This document shows positions 18,310-28,563 of a stretch of DNA of 64,000 nt, piece by piece. The notes under the pieces were generated by a model. It searched no databases and was not told the origin of the DNA. It saw only the letters and a program-made list of their open reading frames with translations. Each line of letters opens with the position of its first letter. Position 1 is the stretch's first letter. The stretch is from Trueperaceae bacterium. GTDB taxonomy: Bacteria > Deinococcota > Deinococci > Deinococcales > Trueperaceae. Made by a program: the position numbers and the translations under genes. The stretch lies in NCBI GenBank assembly GCA_965214405.1, contig OZ243956.1, positions 3,712,001 through 3,776,000 of the forward strand, written 5' to 3'.

Positions 18310-20952
18310 ATGCGGTTTTCTACACGGTCTGTATTTTTTGTTGCGCTTCTCGCACTTTTATTTTTGGCCCCCATGTCTCTGGCTTTTGCCACGCAGGAGG
18401 TGGTCGCACCTCGAGTGCGGGTGCTTTTCGAGGTCCCCGCGCTGGAGGGATACGCGCAGCGCGTCGCGGCGGAAGCTGAGCGGGCGCTGGACGTGCTCAT
18501 CCCCCTTTTTGGCTACGAGCCCGCCACCATCACCCTTACGGTTGAAAACACGACGGACGTATACAACGCCACGGCCTCCGCGCTGCCGCGCCCGTCGGTG
18601 GCGACTCGGGCGCTTTTTCCCACCGACATCTCGCTGGGCTACCGCGCTGAGGACGACCTCTATTTACTGTTGCTGCACGAACTCACGCACGTGATGCAGC
18701 TCCGCTACACCGCCCGCCCGGAGGGTGCGTCGGCGGGGCTCCGGCTCGGCCTGGTGGGGGAGGGGGTGGCGGCGCTGCCGCCGGGCTGGTTTATCGAGGG
18801 GCTGGCGGTCTGGATGGAATCCGAATACACCCTTGGGGGCCGCCGCAACGACGCGCTCACCACGGGGCTGGTAAGGAGCGCGGCGCTGGGCGAGGCGTGG
18901 CCGAGCCTGGCGGCGGTGAGCCTGAGTTCTTACAGCGCCTGGCCGGGGGGAAACGCGCGCTACCTCTACGGGGTAGGGTTTGTGGATTATCTAATTGGCA
19001 AATACGGTTTCGACACTGTGCTGAAAACGCTCCGAACGTACAACACGCGCGGGCTCTTTACGACGTTTGCGGAGGCATGGGAAGCGGCGGGCATCTCATT
19101 GGAGGACGAGTGGGCGGCGTGGCGCGAGGTGCTTACCGAGGCCGGAACCCTCCCCACAGGTGAGACCTTGACCGATACAGGCTGGTACACCCGCGCGCCC
19201 GCGGTGAGCCCTGACGGGAGGCGGCTGGCTTGGCTCGAGCACCCCTCGTCCGTCGTAATAGCCGACCTTGAAGGGGGGCAGATCACAAATAAGCGTACAC
19301 TCATCCGGGACCGGTTTTTGAGCGGGCTCGAGTGGCTAGACGACGACACGCTCCTTTACGTCAGGCCGGTGCGCCGAGCGGGCACGACCTTTTCGGAGCT
19401 TTTTTCGCTTGACGTGAGTACGGGAAGAGAGCGGCAGCTTACGACGGGGGCCAGGGCGGCGCTTCCGGCGGCTGCGCCGGACGGCTGCGTTTTGTATGTG
19501 CGCGACGACGTGACGACCGCCTCACAGTTAAAACGTTGGTGCGGTAGCACTTCCCAGACGGCTGTAGAAACGCTCTGGACCGCCCCGGCGGGCGCGCACA
19601 TCGTCGGCTTGGCGGTAAGCGACGAGGGGCGGGTCGCGCTCAGCGTGTGGCGGCGGGGTTTTGTGGATGTGGCGGTACTGGACGGGGGAGAGGTGACGTT
19701 TCTCACGCAAGACGCCGCGCAGGATTTAGACCCGGCTTGGCGCGGGGAGACGGGGTTGGTGTTTCGCTCCGACCGGGAGCCGGGGGGGGTGTTCGACCTT
19801 TATGCGCTCGACCTTCAGGACTCCCGACTCCGGCGGCTCACCCGCACGCTGGGCGGGGCTTTCGGGCCGGAGGTGGGGCCAGGCGGGGTTTTTTACGCCG
19901 AGTTGGGCGCGGGCGGCTTCGATATCGCCGAGGTGACCGATCCTATTAATGAAACCGTTTTTCTCACCGCTGCGCCTCTGCCTGACATCCCCGCACCCAT
20001 CACCTCTTTTCCGGTCCGCGTTTACAACCCGCTCCCCAGCCTCCGGCCCTACGGCTGGCTGCCCAACGGCGGGGGGGTCAGCCTTGACCCCTTCAGGGTC
20101 GCCTTTAACGCCTCGCTGCTCGGTCAAGACGACACCGCGCGGCACGCTTACGCGCTGACCGTCGGTTATGCGGGCGGGCTAGGCGGCCCGCTGGGTGGTG
20201 CTTATGCGAACCTCCGTTACGACTACGGGGGCGGCGCGTTGGTGGACCTCTCGGCGGTGCCGCTGCCCCTTAGATTTGGCGTGCAGGTTGGTCTCTGGCC
20301 CTACGCGCCGTACGGGGGCGCGCGTGGGGGAGAGGCGGCGGTGGTGCCGGGTCTTAAAGGTTCGGTGGCGCTGACCTTACCGGCGGACACCTGGACGGGG
20401 CGGGTGGGACTCGAGGCCGGGGTCATCCGTCTTGCGGACGCGTGGCGTCTAGACGCGTCCGCGCAGGGCGCGCGGAGCCGCGTTTACTTGGATACGTTTG
20501 GCTATCCACAACGGGGAACACGCGCCGCGCTCACCGGGGTGTGGCGGGCGACGCCCGCGGGTCCGCTGCCGGGCGCGTGGGCCGACGGCGTTTACTATTT
20601 TCCTACAAATCTGTTTGGCCTACCAGGAACCGTGGAGCTCGGCGGGCGCGGCGGCTACCAGATCGCGCCGCCCGTGCCCGTTCGTTTGGGGTCTTTTGCC
20701 GCGCTGGGCACCGCGGGCTACCGCGTGAGTTTGCCCGTGGGCTGGCGCTACGGCGACGGGCTCTACGCGTTGGAGCGCGTGACCGTAGAGCCCCGCGTGC
20801 GCGGCTGGCTCGGGACGAGCTCGAGCGTGGGCGCCGACCTAACCCTTTCTCTGGACACCGTCCTCAACTACAGCGCGCCGCTGAGCCTGAGCGCCACCCT
20901 TGGTTATGCTGACGGATTTTGGACGCGCTTCGGGGTGCGGCTGCCGCTTTAG
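18310..20952 (+). CDS. Secreted protein: gluzincin-like peptidase + TolB/PD40-like propeller + probable beta-barrel
   Basis: HELTH and WFIEGLA; P..SPDG and P.W repeats; C-terminal amphipathic strands. Confidence 0.65.
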   Translation: MRFSTRSVFFVALLALLFLAPMSLAFATQEVVAPRVRVLFEVPALEGYAQRVAAEAERALDVLIPLFGYEPATITLTVENTTDVYNATASALPRPSVATRALFPTDISLGYRAEDDLYLLLLHELTHVMQLRYTARPEGASAGLRLGLVGEGVAALPPGWFIEGLAVWMESEYTLGGRRNDALTTGLVRSAALGEAWPSLAAVSLSSYSAWPGGNARYLYGVGFVDYLIGKYGFDTVLKTLRTYNTRGLFTTFAEAWEAAGISLEDEWAAWREVLTEAGTLPTGETLTDTGWYTRAPAVSPDGRRLAWLEHPSSVVIADLEGGQITNKRTLIRDRFLSGLEWLDDDTLLYVRPVRRAGTTFSELFSLDVSTGRERQLTTGARAALPAAAPDGCVLYVRDDVTTASQLKRWCGSTSQTAVETLWTAPAGAHIVGLAVSDEGRVALSVWRRGFVDVAVLDGGEVTFLTQDAAQDLDPAWRGETGLVFRSDREPGGVFDLYALDLQDSRLRRLTRTLGGAFGPEVGPGGVFYAELGAGGFDIAEVTDPINETVFLTAAPLPDIPAPITSFPVRVYNPLPSLRPYGWLPNGGGVSLDPFRVAFNASLLGQDDTARHAYALTVGYAGGLGGPLGGAYANLRYDYGGGALVDLSAVPLPLRFGVQVGLWPYAPYGGARGGEAAVVPGLKGSVALTLPADTWTGRVGLEAGVIRLADAWRLDASAQGARSRVYLDTFGYPQRGTRAALTGVWRATPAGPLPGAWADGVYYFPTNLFGLPGTVELGGRGGYQIAPPVPVRLGSFAALGTAGYRVSLPVGWRYGDGLYALERVTVEPRVRGWLGTSSSVGADLTLSLDTVLNYSAPLSLSATLGYADGFWTRFGVRLPL

Positions 20953-20956
20953 AGAT

Positions 20957-21322
20957 TTAGAGGCAGGCGGCCTGATTTTTGAAAGAGAGCACGTAATCGA
21001 GCGCTTCTCTTACGGCGTGGCGCTCGGTAGGCTCGAGCGTCAGGGCATCTGCGTCAAGGAAAATTACGGCGGCACCAAGCGCGAGGGCGGCGCGCAAAAA
21101 CTCCTCTTTGGCGCGAAAGTCATTCTTTAGAAGCGTGTGCAAAATAAACCCTTTGGGCAGCTTTGCCAGATGGGCTCGAGCCCGCGCCTCCTCTCGAAAT
21201 AGCAGCGCCGCCCGGTCCTCGCCCTCTTTGATAAACAGGGGACTCATCACGCCGGGCAGGTCGCGTCCGAGATAGCTGAGGGTGCCGTCTAAAAAGAATT
21301 CGTTTGGGCGAGCGTCTTCCAC
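20957..21322 (-). CDS. Hypothetical protein
   Basis: 121-aa ORF, TAAAAT 6 nt upstream of GTG. Confidence 0.65.
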   Translation of the reverse strand: MEDARPNEFFLDGTLSYLGRDLPGVMSPLFIKEGEDRAALLFREEARARAHLAKLPKGFILHTLLKNDFRAKEEFLRAALALGAAVIFLDADALTLEPTERHAVREALDYVLSFKNQAACL

Positions 21323-21403
21323 CAGAGCATTTTACCGTCAGGAACGGGGCCTCGAGGTTTTTCTGGAATTGAAGACGATCGAGACACTTTGCTGCTCAAA
21401 GCT

Positions 21404-23275
21404 TTACAAAAACAAACTCCGCACCCAGGGACTAAACGCGACGCCGATGAGGAGGCCCAAGTGGAGCACGTACTGGGCTAACAGGGGGGTCAAGCCGCTG
21501 CGGGTGCGCCGGTAGACCTCCGCGAGGAGGAGGCCGACGGTCAGCATGAGCGCAAGGGGCGCGCCTAAGACGAGCGCGTAAAGGACGCCCGACAAAAGCG
21601 TGCCGAGGAGGGGCGTGTAGCGCTTGGAGAGGGGCGGAACCACAAAGGCGCGAAAGTAGAGCGACGCGAGCGGCATCAGCACCACCGCCGCGAGCAGGGG
21701 CGGCGTGAAGCGCGACAAATCTAGGTAGAAGCCCCAGAAGGGTCGCCACGGCGCGTAGACCTGGGCCGCGAGCACGAGCCCGAGCAGCAGGAGGCCCGTG
21801 CCAACACCCGTGCTCGCGCCGCCCGTACCCGTCCTTGCGCTGCTTATACCCACGACACCCTCCATACGGTGGCCTGCGCGACCCCCCACGCCACTCACGC
21901 CGCCCCCCATAAGCGTTTCCAGGGGCTGCCAGCCGTTCGCGCGCACCCGCCACAGCGCCAGACCGACGAGCGTGAGGGCCAGCAGGGCGAAAAAGAGCGC
22001 CCTGGCCTCGCCCATCTGGACGGGCGTCACAAAGGCGAGGGGATTGCCGAAGCGCAGCGTCCCGTAGGCAAGGGTGCCCACGCCCGCCAACAAGAGGGCG
22101 GTGAGGAGCGTGAGGTAGACCTGGCCGACCGTCCAGGGCTCGGGACCCTCGCGCAGCTCGAGCGTCGACCCGGCCCCGATGCGGCTCTCGCCAACGAGGT
22201 GCAAGGCCAGGAGCACCCCGAGCAGGAGGAGCCAGAGGAGGTTCTCATTGAGCAGCCCGAAGGGACTGTCCGCCTCGCGCAGGGCTCTATTGCCGTTACG
22301 CACGCTGCCTTGCGCGTAGTAGATGAGCGCCAGATCGCGGAGGTCTCGCTGCGTGGCCTCCCGCGCGCCACTACCGCGCAAGATGATGGCGGTGTCTAGG
22401 GCCTCGGCGGCTCCTCTAAGGTCGCTCATCGCCCAGGCCACGTGGCCGAGCAGAGCATAAACCTCTGGATTCTTTTCACCCGACAAACGCTCGAAAGAGG
22501 CGAGTTCTCCCGCCGCGCCCTCTAAGTCTCCCAACTTGTAACGGAGTTCTGCGTCGGCTAAGCGGTAGGGGGCCTCGAGCCCGTCCGCGCGAATCGCCGC
22601 CCCGTAATGTTCCAGGGCCGCCGCGACCTCGCCGCGCGCTTCGGCAAGCCTTCCCGCCAGAAAATTGCGCCGCCCGTCCAGCGCGCGGTTGTACCTGCCA
22701 GCTAAGCGTGCGCTGGCGTCGTCTAAAAACCCTTGCGCCTCGCTGTAGCGCTTGCCGCGTAGGGCAATCTCGGCGAGGAGTACGTAGGGTTCGGCGCTCG
22801 AGCCGGTGCCCGGTGCGGTCGTGAGCCCGGAGAGCCGCGTTTCGGCCTCCTCTAGGTTGCCCAGCGCAACGTCGATACGCGCGAGGGCGAGCGCGGCGTC
22901 CCCTAGGCGCGGGTCGACCGAAAGCGCGTTTAGGCAGCTCTGCCGCGCGGTCTCTAAATCTCCGCCCGCCTCGAAGCGCAAGCACTGCCCGTAGTAGGTG
23001 TTGGCGTTAAAGCGCCCGCTTTGGGCGAAGCTGAACGCACTCAGCCAGAAGCCGCCGACCAAAAGGAGCGCTGTCAAGAAGCGGTGGCGTCTTTTGCCGC
23101 CCCGCCCTGCTCCTTCGAGCGTTCCTGGAGCGGCCCGGTTTTCCGTAAGTATCCTCTGGTGTGCGGCGGTGCTCCCAATATCGGGCAATGTGGGGTGGAT
23201 TCGCGGGAAAGGTTTGGTGAGCCTCACCCTATCATCATGCGCCACTACGGCGTCGGCGGGGATTGAATCATTCAC
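21404..23275 (-). CDS. TPR-repeat membrane protein with degenerate CPBP/Abi-like C-terminus (start uncertain, probably nearer 23100)
   Basis: Signal-like segment FLTALLLVGGFWLSAFSFAQ, TPR-like helices, multi-TM tail with FR and Y.RT.S. Confidence 0.7.
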   Translation of the reverse strand: MNDSIPADAVVAHDDRVRLTKPFPRIHPTLPDIGSTAAHQRILTENRAAPGTLEGAGRGGKRRHRFLTALLLVGGFWLSAFSFAQSGRFNANTYYGQCLRFEAGGDLETARQSCLNALSVDPRLGDAALALARIDVALGNLEEAETRLSGLTTAPGTGSSAEPYVLLAEIALRGKRYSEAQGFLDDASARLAGRYNRALDGRRNFLAGRLAEARGEVAAALEHYGAAIRADGLEAPYRLADAELRYKLGDLEGAAGELASFERLSGEKNPEVYALLGHVAWAMSDLRGAAEALDTAIILRGSGAREATQRDLRDLALIYYAQGSVRNGNRALREADSPFGLLNENLLWLLLLGVLLALHLVGESRIGAGSTLELREGPEPWTVGQVYLTLLTALLLAGVGTLAYGTLRFGNPLAFVTPVQMGEARALFFALLALTLVGLALWRVRANGWQPLETLMGGGVSGVGGRAGHRMEGVVGISSARTGTGGASTGVGTGLLLLGLVLAAQVYAPWRPFWGFYLDLSRFTPPLLAAVVLMPLASLYFRAFVVPPLSKRYTPLLGTLLSGVLYALVLGAPLALMLTVGLLLAEVYRRTRSGLTPLLAQYVLHLGLLIGVAFSPWVRSLFL

Positions 23276-23528
23276 TTGGGGTGAAAGGTTCTCGTCGGGC
23301 GTTCAGAAATCTTGACTCTCCGACCGAGCTGTGACGTATGATGGCCGGGGCAGACATTAAAGGTTAGAACCTCATGGATGAGAGGACGAGAAAGGAGACG
23401 GATGGCTGAGGCGACGGACGGAAATAGACTGCGCGGACGCCCGACTCCGGCTCTTGACGGGCTACCGTGAAGACTCCTTTAACTAAATGCTTGCACATTT
23501 TACAGGCGAGACTGTTACTATCACTTTC

Positions 23529-23714
23529 GTGACGCGTCACGCGAGCTTTCTTTTGGCCCTGATGTCGTTCCCGGTTTTGGTTTTGAATTTAAGCTTGGTT
23601 GTAACTCCAGCCTCGGCCCTGATCTTTATCTCGGCTTTGGTGACACACGCCCCGAGGGGCGTGCCGGGACGGGTGCTCGTGACGCGTCTGGAGAATAGAG
23701 GGCGCAGTGCTTAG
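23529..23714 (+). CDS. Possible small hydrophobic protein (leaderless)
   Basis: Extended -10 TGtTACTAT 7 nt before GTG; hydrophobic; overlaps the next gene start. Confidence 0.3.
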   Translation: MTRHASFLLALMSFPVLVLNLSLVVTPASALIFISALVTHAPRGVPGRVLVTRLENRGRSA

Positions 23715-24186
23715 TTTAATTTTGTGGATTTGTATAAGCCAACCCCTGACCGGGTTGCCGGACATGGCGCCGGGCACCGAGGTGAGAATCGTCGCGCTCG
23801 ACCTCATTACCGTCTACGCGGCGGCCACGGTCGAAAACGACACCTTGGCTTTTTCTACGCCGCTCGAGCCCGGCCGGGAAATTCGGCTACTTTTCGTGTC
23901 ACCTAGCGCAACCGACAAAGACGCGGTCAAAAATCTCGACTCCGCCCCCAAGGGCGCGATTAGCCCCGACGGCAACGACATCTTGCTCAGGTTTGACGAG
24001 CGCGGCTCCCCGGTCTCGTTTCGGGCGTGGCTTTTAGACGAGCGCGGCATCACGCTGGTGATGGGCGCGGGTGAGGGGGCGGAAAACTCCGGGACGCCCG
24101 GAGAAACAGCAGGAGAAAAGACGGAGGGGGGCGCTGACAAAACCTCCGAGGAGGCCGCGGGAACAGGTGGTAAAGGTGAAAGATAA
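23707..24186 (+). CDS. Hypothetical exported protein
   Basis: Hydrophobic N-terminus; overlaps the response regulator start. Confidence 0.6.
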   Translation: MLSLILWICISQPLTGLPDMAPGTEVRIVALDLITVYAAATVENDTLAFSTPLEPGREIRLLFVSPSATDKDAVKNLDSAPKGAISPDGNDILLRFDERGSPVSFRAWLLDERGITLVMGAGEGAENSGTPGETAGEKTEGGADKTSEEAAGTGGKGER

Positions 24187-24847
24187 ACAAAACGTGCTCA
24201 TCGTTGAAGACGACTTAGACATCGGACGCTTGCTCATCTTAGAGCTCGAGGAGGCCGGTTTCGGCGTGACCCACTGCGACACCGGCATCCGCGGGTTGTC
24301 GGCCATCCGCGAAGAGGACCCCGACCTCATCGTGCTCGACCTTGGCTTGCCCGACCTAAACGGCGCTGAGATCGCCCGGCGGGTCCGCAAAACGAGCGAA
24401 ACGCCCATCATCATCCTCACCGCCGCCGACGACGTCGAGACCAAGGTGGATTTGCTCAACTCGGGCGCGGACGATTACCTGGCCAAACCCTTTCACGCCG
24501 AAGAACTCCTGGCGCGCATCAACGTGCAGCTTCGCCGCCGCTCGTCGGGGACGGTGCAAAAGGTAGGCGACCTGATGCTCGACTCCGCGCGGCGTCAGCT
24601 TTTTTGGGAAGAGCGCGAGGTGCGCCTCTCGCCGCGCGAGTTTGACCTGCTCGTCTACTTGTGCAACCAACCGGGCCGCGTCTACAGCCGCGAGGAGATC
24701 GAGACCAACGTCTGGGGCGAGGACTTACCGCCCTCGAGCAACGTCGTCGACGTGCATATCGCCAACATCCGCGGCAAGCTCCGCGACGCGGGCGGCTACG
24801 GCGTGATTCGCACGGTGCGGGGCATCGGCTACGCGATCAAGAGTTAA
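24176..24847 (+). CDS. OmpR-family response regulator
   Basis: IVEDD, LDLGLP, GADDY..KPF, VDVHIANIRGKL, RTVRGIGY. Confidence 0.93.
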   Translation: MKDKQNVLIVEDDLDIGRLLILELEEAGFGVTHCDTGIRGLSAIREEDPDLIVLDLGLPDLNGAEIARRVRKTSETPIIILTAADDVETKVDLLNSGADDYLAKPFHAEELLARINVQLRRRSSGTVQKVGDLMLDSARRQLFWEEREVRLSPREFDLLVYLCNQPGRVYSREEIETNVWGEDLPPSSNVVDVHIANIRGKLRDAGGYGVIRTVRGIGYAIKS

Positions 24848-24851
24848 GCGT

Positions 24852-24895
24852 AAGCGTCAAGGAGCCGGGAGCTTGAGCGGCTCTTTGACGCTTTT
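24852..24895 (+). terminator. Intrinsic terminator-like hairpin
   Basis: 16-bp stem (one G-U pair) 24852-67/24878-93 followed by T run. Confidence 0.65.
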
Positions 24896-24949
24896 ACCCT
24901 AACCTCATGATGTCTACATGATGTCTACTCTCCTCATGATTCTCCCTCT

Positions 24950-26419
24950 ATGATTTTGCGTCGCGGTATCCCCTTACGGTGGCGCATCGCGCTGCTTATC
25001 GGCGTGGCGGTGGCGCTCTTTAGCATCGTCGCGGCGCTCACGGCCTATTGGGTGGTGCGCTCGAGCCTCATCGGCGACCTCCAGCGCGCGCTAAGAGAGG
25101 ACGTGGCGCGGGTTGTTGCATCCTCTTACCCCAAAAGCGACGCCGAAAGCGTATCCCCAGACGCGGTGAGCGGGGGCGAGGGCGCACCGGGGAGTGTGAC
25201 CGGGGGTGCGGGTGTCACGGGCGGTGCCGAGCATGGTGCTGACGACGGGGCCGTTTCTACGGGTGACTTTAGCGCGCCGCCTGAGGGGCCGACGGGCAGC
25301 ATCATTATTCAGCTTTACGACGCGCAGGGCGTATTGCGGGCTGCGAATAACGAAACGTTTGAAGACGCGGCTTTTTCGCTTCCTTCGGCGGTGGTCACCG
25401 CGGCGCTTGGTGGACCCCGCGACTGGAGCGGTGAATTGGGCGGGCGCGAGGTCCAGGTGGCGCTCGAGCCCGCCGACATCGGCGTGGTCGCGGTGTTGTC
25501 GCGCACCAACTTTATCCGGGCGGCGCTCACGCAGATCTCGCGGGCGCTCGCCCTGACCGCGCTGGTGCTCATCTTGATAAGCGCGTTTATCGGCTACGTC
25601 GTCGCGGCGACCGCGATTCGCCCCATCACCAAACTCGCGGGGTTTGCCGCGCAATTAGACCCGAACAATCTGCACCCCATCGCTTACCAGGGACCCAACG
25701 ACGAGGTCGGGCAGCTCAGCCGCGTGCTGAACGACCTCATCACCCGCCTGCGCGCTTCTGTAGACGCGCAGCGCACATTCTTGGCCGAGACGAGCCACGA
25801 GCTGCGCACGCCCTTAACGAGCCTCCAGGGTTTTTTAGACCGGGCGGTGCGCCGCGCCGACCCCGAGACGGAACGCGAGCTCTTCGACGCGCGGCGCATC
25901 GCAGGGAGCATGTCGCGGCTCGTGGCGGACCTTTTGCAACTCTCTCGCGGCGAACTCGTGCGCGAGGTGGTGCCGCACCTTTTGGACCCCTACAGCGACA
26001 TCTTAAAACCCGTGGCCGAGGAGTTTCCGGGTGTTCTCTTAGAGGGCCAGCCGGGCGCGGTATTGGTCGGCGACCCTGACCGCCTTCGGCAACTTGTTCG
26101 CAACTTGACCGCCAACGCGGTGCGCGCGACCGGCGACCCCGGCAAGGTCACGCTGCGCCTGGAAGACGACCCAGAGCGCGTCGTGCTGGCGGTAGAAGAC
26201 AGCGGCCCCGGCATTCCCCCCGACGCCCTGCCTCACGTTTTTGACAAATTTTACAAAGGCGCGGGCGGCGGCGCAGGCTTAGGTCTAGCCATCGCCAAGC
26301 AAATCGCTGAAGTCCACGGGGGGGGGTTAAGCGTCGAGAGCGGGAGGGGCTGCGGCGCGGTGTTCCGGCTCGAGCTGCCCGGCCTCGCCGAGGAAGTAGG
26401 AGACGCGGAAGAAGTGTGA
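24950..26419 (+). CDS. HAMP-containing sensor histidine kinase
   Basis: Two TM helices, HAMP, SHELRTPL, NL..NA, D.GPGI, GLGLAI. Confidence 0.93.
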   Translation: MILRRGIPLRWRIALLIGVAVALFSIVAALTAYWVVRSSLIGDLQRALREDVARVVASSYPKSDAESVSPDAVSGGEGAPGSVTGGAGVTGGAEHGADDGAVSTGDFSAPPEGPTGSIIIQLYDAQGVLRAANNETFEDAAFSLPSAVVTAALGGPRDWSGELGGREVQVALEPADIGVVAVLSRTNFIRAALTQISRALALTALVLILISAFIGYVVAATAIRPITKLAGFAAQLDPNNLHPIAYQGPNDEVGQLSRVLNDLITRLRASVDAQRTFLAETSHELRTPLTSLQGFLDRAVRRADPETERELFDARRIAGSMSRLVADLLQLSRGELVREVVPHLLDPYSDILKPVAEEFPGVLLEGQPGAVLVGDPDRLRQLVRNLTANAVRATGDPGKVTLRLEDDPERVVLAVEDSGPGIPPDALPHVFDKFYKGAGGGAGLGLAIAKQIAEVHGGGLSVESGRGCGAVFRLELPGLAEEVGDAEEV

Positions 26420-26485
26420 TGAAGGTGGGGAGCGCAGGAGAAGGGGAGAAAGAGTCTATCTCTACTCCCCATCCCCTAAATTACC

Positions 26486-27034
26486 TTAGAGCTTCGGCAA
26501 CGTCACCCCGCGCTGACCCTGATACTTCCCCTTCCTGTCGGCGTAGGTAACCTCGGGCTTGTCACCCTGGAAAAAAAGAAGCTGCACGATGCCCTCGTTT
26601 GCGTAGACCTTGGCGGGTAGGGGCGTGGTGTTGGAGAGTTCCAGCGTCACGTGACCCTCCCAGCCGGGCTCTAAGGGCGTCACGTTGGCGACTAACCCAC
26701 AACGCGCGTAGGATGATTTACCGAGCGCCACCACCATCACGTCCTCGGGGACGCGCAAATACTCGACCGAACGCGTGAGCGCGAACGAGTTGGGCGGGAT
26801 GATGCAGGTGTCGCCCTCGACGCTGATAAGGGAGCGCTCGTCAAAACGTTTGGGGTCGACGAGCGTGTTAAAAGCGTTGACGAAGATGCGCCACTCGGGC
26901 GCGGCGCGCAGGTCGTAGCCGAACGAGGAGAGCCCGTAAGAGATGACGCCCTCGCGGACTAAACGGTCTTCAAAAGGTTCGATCATGCCCTTTTGCGCCG
27001 CGTCACGAATCCACCAGTCGGGTTTGATGCTCAT
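26486..27034 (-). CDS. dcd: dCTP deaminase
   Basis: [33 protein letters not shown]. Confidence 0.95.
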   Translation of the reverse strand: MSIKPDWWIRDAAQKGMIEPFEDRLVREGVISYGLSSFGYDLRAAPEWRIFVNAFNTLVDPKRFDERSLISVEGDTCIIPPNSFALTRSVEYLRVPEDVMVVALGKSSYARCGLVANVTPLEPGWEGHVTLELSNTTPLPAKVYANEGIVQLLFFQGDKPEVTYADRKGKYQGQRGVTLPKL

Positions 27035-27101
27035 GAGGACAAGTGTACCGGGTCGGGGTTAGAAAAGGGAAAGGCCGCAAGGGGTGCGTTATACTTTCTT
27101 T

Positions 27102-27869
27102 ATGCTTCTTGCGGTGGACGTCGGCAATACGAGCACCGTCTTGGGTCTTTTCGAGGGCGAGGCGCTCCGGGCGCACTGGCGCGTCTCGACCAACCGGATG
27201 CGGATGGCCGACCAGTACGCAGTTTTGCTCAAGAATCTCCTCGAGCTTGACGCGGTGCCCCCACCCCAGCGGGCGCTCATCTCGAGCGTCGTCCCGCCCG
27301 TCGAGCGCGAACTTGCAAAGGCGCTGGGGCGGTACTGGGGGGTGGAGAGTTTGACGGTCTCGAGCGCTACCCTCTCGCCCCTCCTGAACGTCGAAACCGA
27401 CAACCCCAAGGAGGTCGGTGCCGACCGGCTCGTCAACGCCGTGGCCGCGCTGCGTTACGACGCGGACGCGTTTATCGTTATCGACTTTGGCACCGCGACC
27501 AACTTCGACCTCGTCGTCAAACCCAACAAGCTCTTGGGCGTCGCGCTCGCGCCGGGGCCGATGGTCGCCGCCGACGCGCTCTTTTCACGCGCCGCCAAGC
27601 TCCCGCGCGTCGACCTCGTCGCGCCCGAGCGCGCGGTGGGCAAAAATACGGTGACCGCGCTCCAGTCGGGCTTGGTCTTCGGCTACGCCGCGATGGTGGA
27701 CGGGATGGTCGCGCGGTTTTCAAGAGAGATTGACCCAGAGTTGGGCAAGCCTTTGGTCATCGCCACGGGCGGTTTTGCGTCAATCATCGAGGGACACTGT
27801 GAGTCAGTGGACGTTTTCGAGCCGCTGCTGACGTTGCGGGGCTTGCAGATTATCGCCGGGAAGCTGTAG
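27102..27869 (+). CDS. coaX: Type III pantothenate kinase
   Basis: DVGNT, GADR, DFGTAT, ATGG; leaderless TATACT 6 nt upstream. Confidence 0.95.
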   Translation: MLLAVDVGNTSTVLGLFEGEALRAHWRVSTNRMRMADQYAVLLKNLLELDAVPPPQRALISSVVPPVERELAKALGRYWGVESLTVSSATLSPLLNVETDNPKEVGADRLVNAVAALRYDADAFIVIDFGTATNFDLVVKPNKLLGVALAPGPMVAADALFSRAAKLPRVDLVAPERAVGKNTVTALQSGLVFGYAAMVDGMVARFSREIDPELGKPLVIATGGFASIIEGHCESVDVFEPLLTLRGLQIIAGKL

Positions 27870-28563
27870 CGTCCAAGTGAGTTAGAAATCCCTCGATACG
27901 CTTCATAAAACGCTCGTAATCGGGTTCCCAAAGCGCGTGCCCGGCATCCTCAAAGGTCACCACTTCAGCCTGCGGGAGTTCCTGCTTGTAGCGCTCGACA
28001 TCCTCTCTTTTCAACGCTGCGCCCTCCAAGCCGCCGCGCATGATGAGGACGGGGCAGCGCAGCACCCCCAGCGTTTCCCAAAGAGACACATGCTCAGACT
28101 CACGCTGCAATCCAACGACGGCGTGTTTCGGCGTTTGAGGAGAGAACGCGGCAGCCTGCGCTATCCACGTTTCCGGAATCTTCCTGTAACGCGCCGGATA
28201 GTCGAGCAAGATGAGCCCTGCAACCCTGTGTGGGTGCTGAACTGCATATTTTAAGGCGAGGGGGACGCCCCTCGAGAACGCCATAAGGCAAAAAGGATAC
28301 GGGGCCGTCTCAGCGACCGCCGCAACGTCACCAACGAGGTCCTCAAAACGGTAGCCCGCCTCCGGCGCGTCGCTCTCGCCGTGTCCTCTAACACTAAGCG
28401 CGCACGTTCGCCTCGGCAAGAGCCGCTTCATCTCACCCGTAAACGCCTCGGCGGAGCCCAGAGAGCCAGGGATGTAGAGCAGCGGCGTGAGCGCAGGGTC
28501 GTCACCCGCGGTTAGGTAATGAATCTTGACACCTTGGTTTTTCGCCCAATGTTCTTGAACCAT
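27850..28563 (-). CDS. Alpha/beta hydrolase
   Basis: RGHGESD, AFSRG nucleophile elbow, AGH. Confidence 0.8.
   Translation of the reverse strand: MVQEHWAKNQGVKIHYLTAGDDPALTPLLYIPGSLGSAEAFTGEMKRLLPRRTCALSVRGHGESDAPEAGYRFEDLVGDVAAVAETAPYPFCLMAFSRGVPLALKYAVQHPHRVAGLILLDYPARYRKIPETWIAQAAAFSPQTPKHAVVGLQRESEHVSLWETLGVLRCPVLIMRGGLEGAALKREDVERYKQELPQAEVVTFEDAGHALWEPDYERFMKRIEGFLTHLDATASRR

Noticed and set aside
26318..26326. G9 tract (also G8 at 467 and 19782) as phase-variation sites
   Set aside because: All are in frame, encode Gly runs and are unremarkable at this GC content
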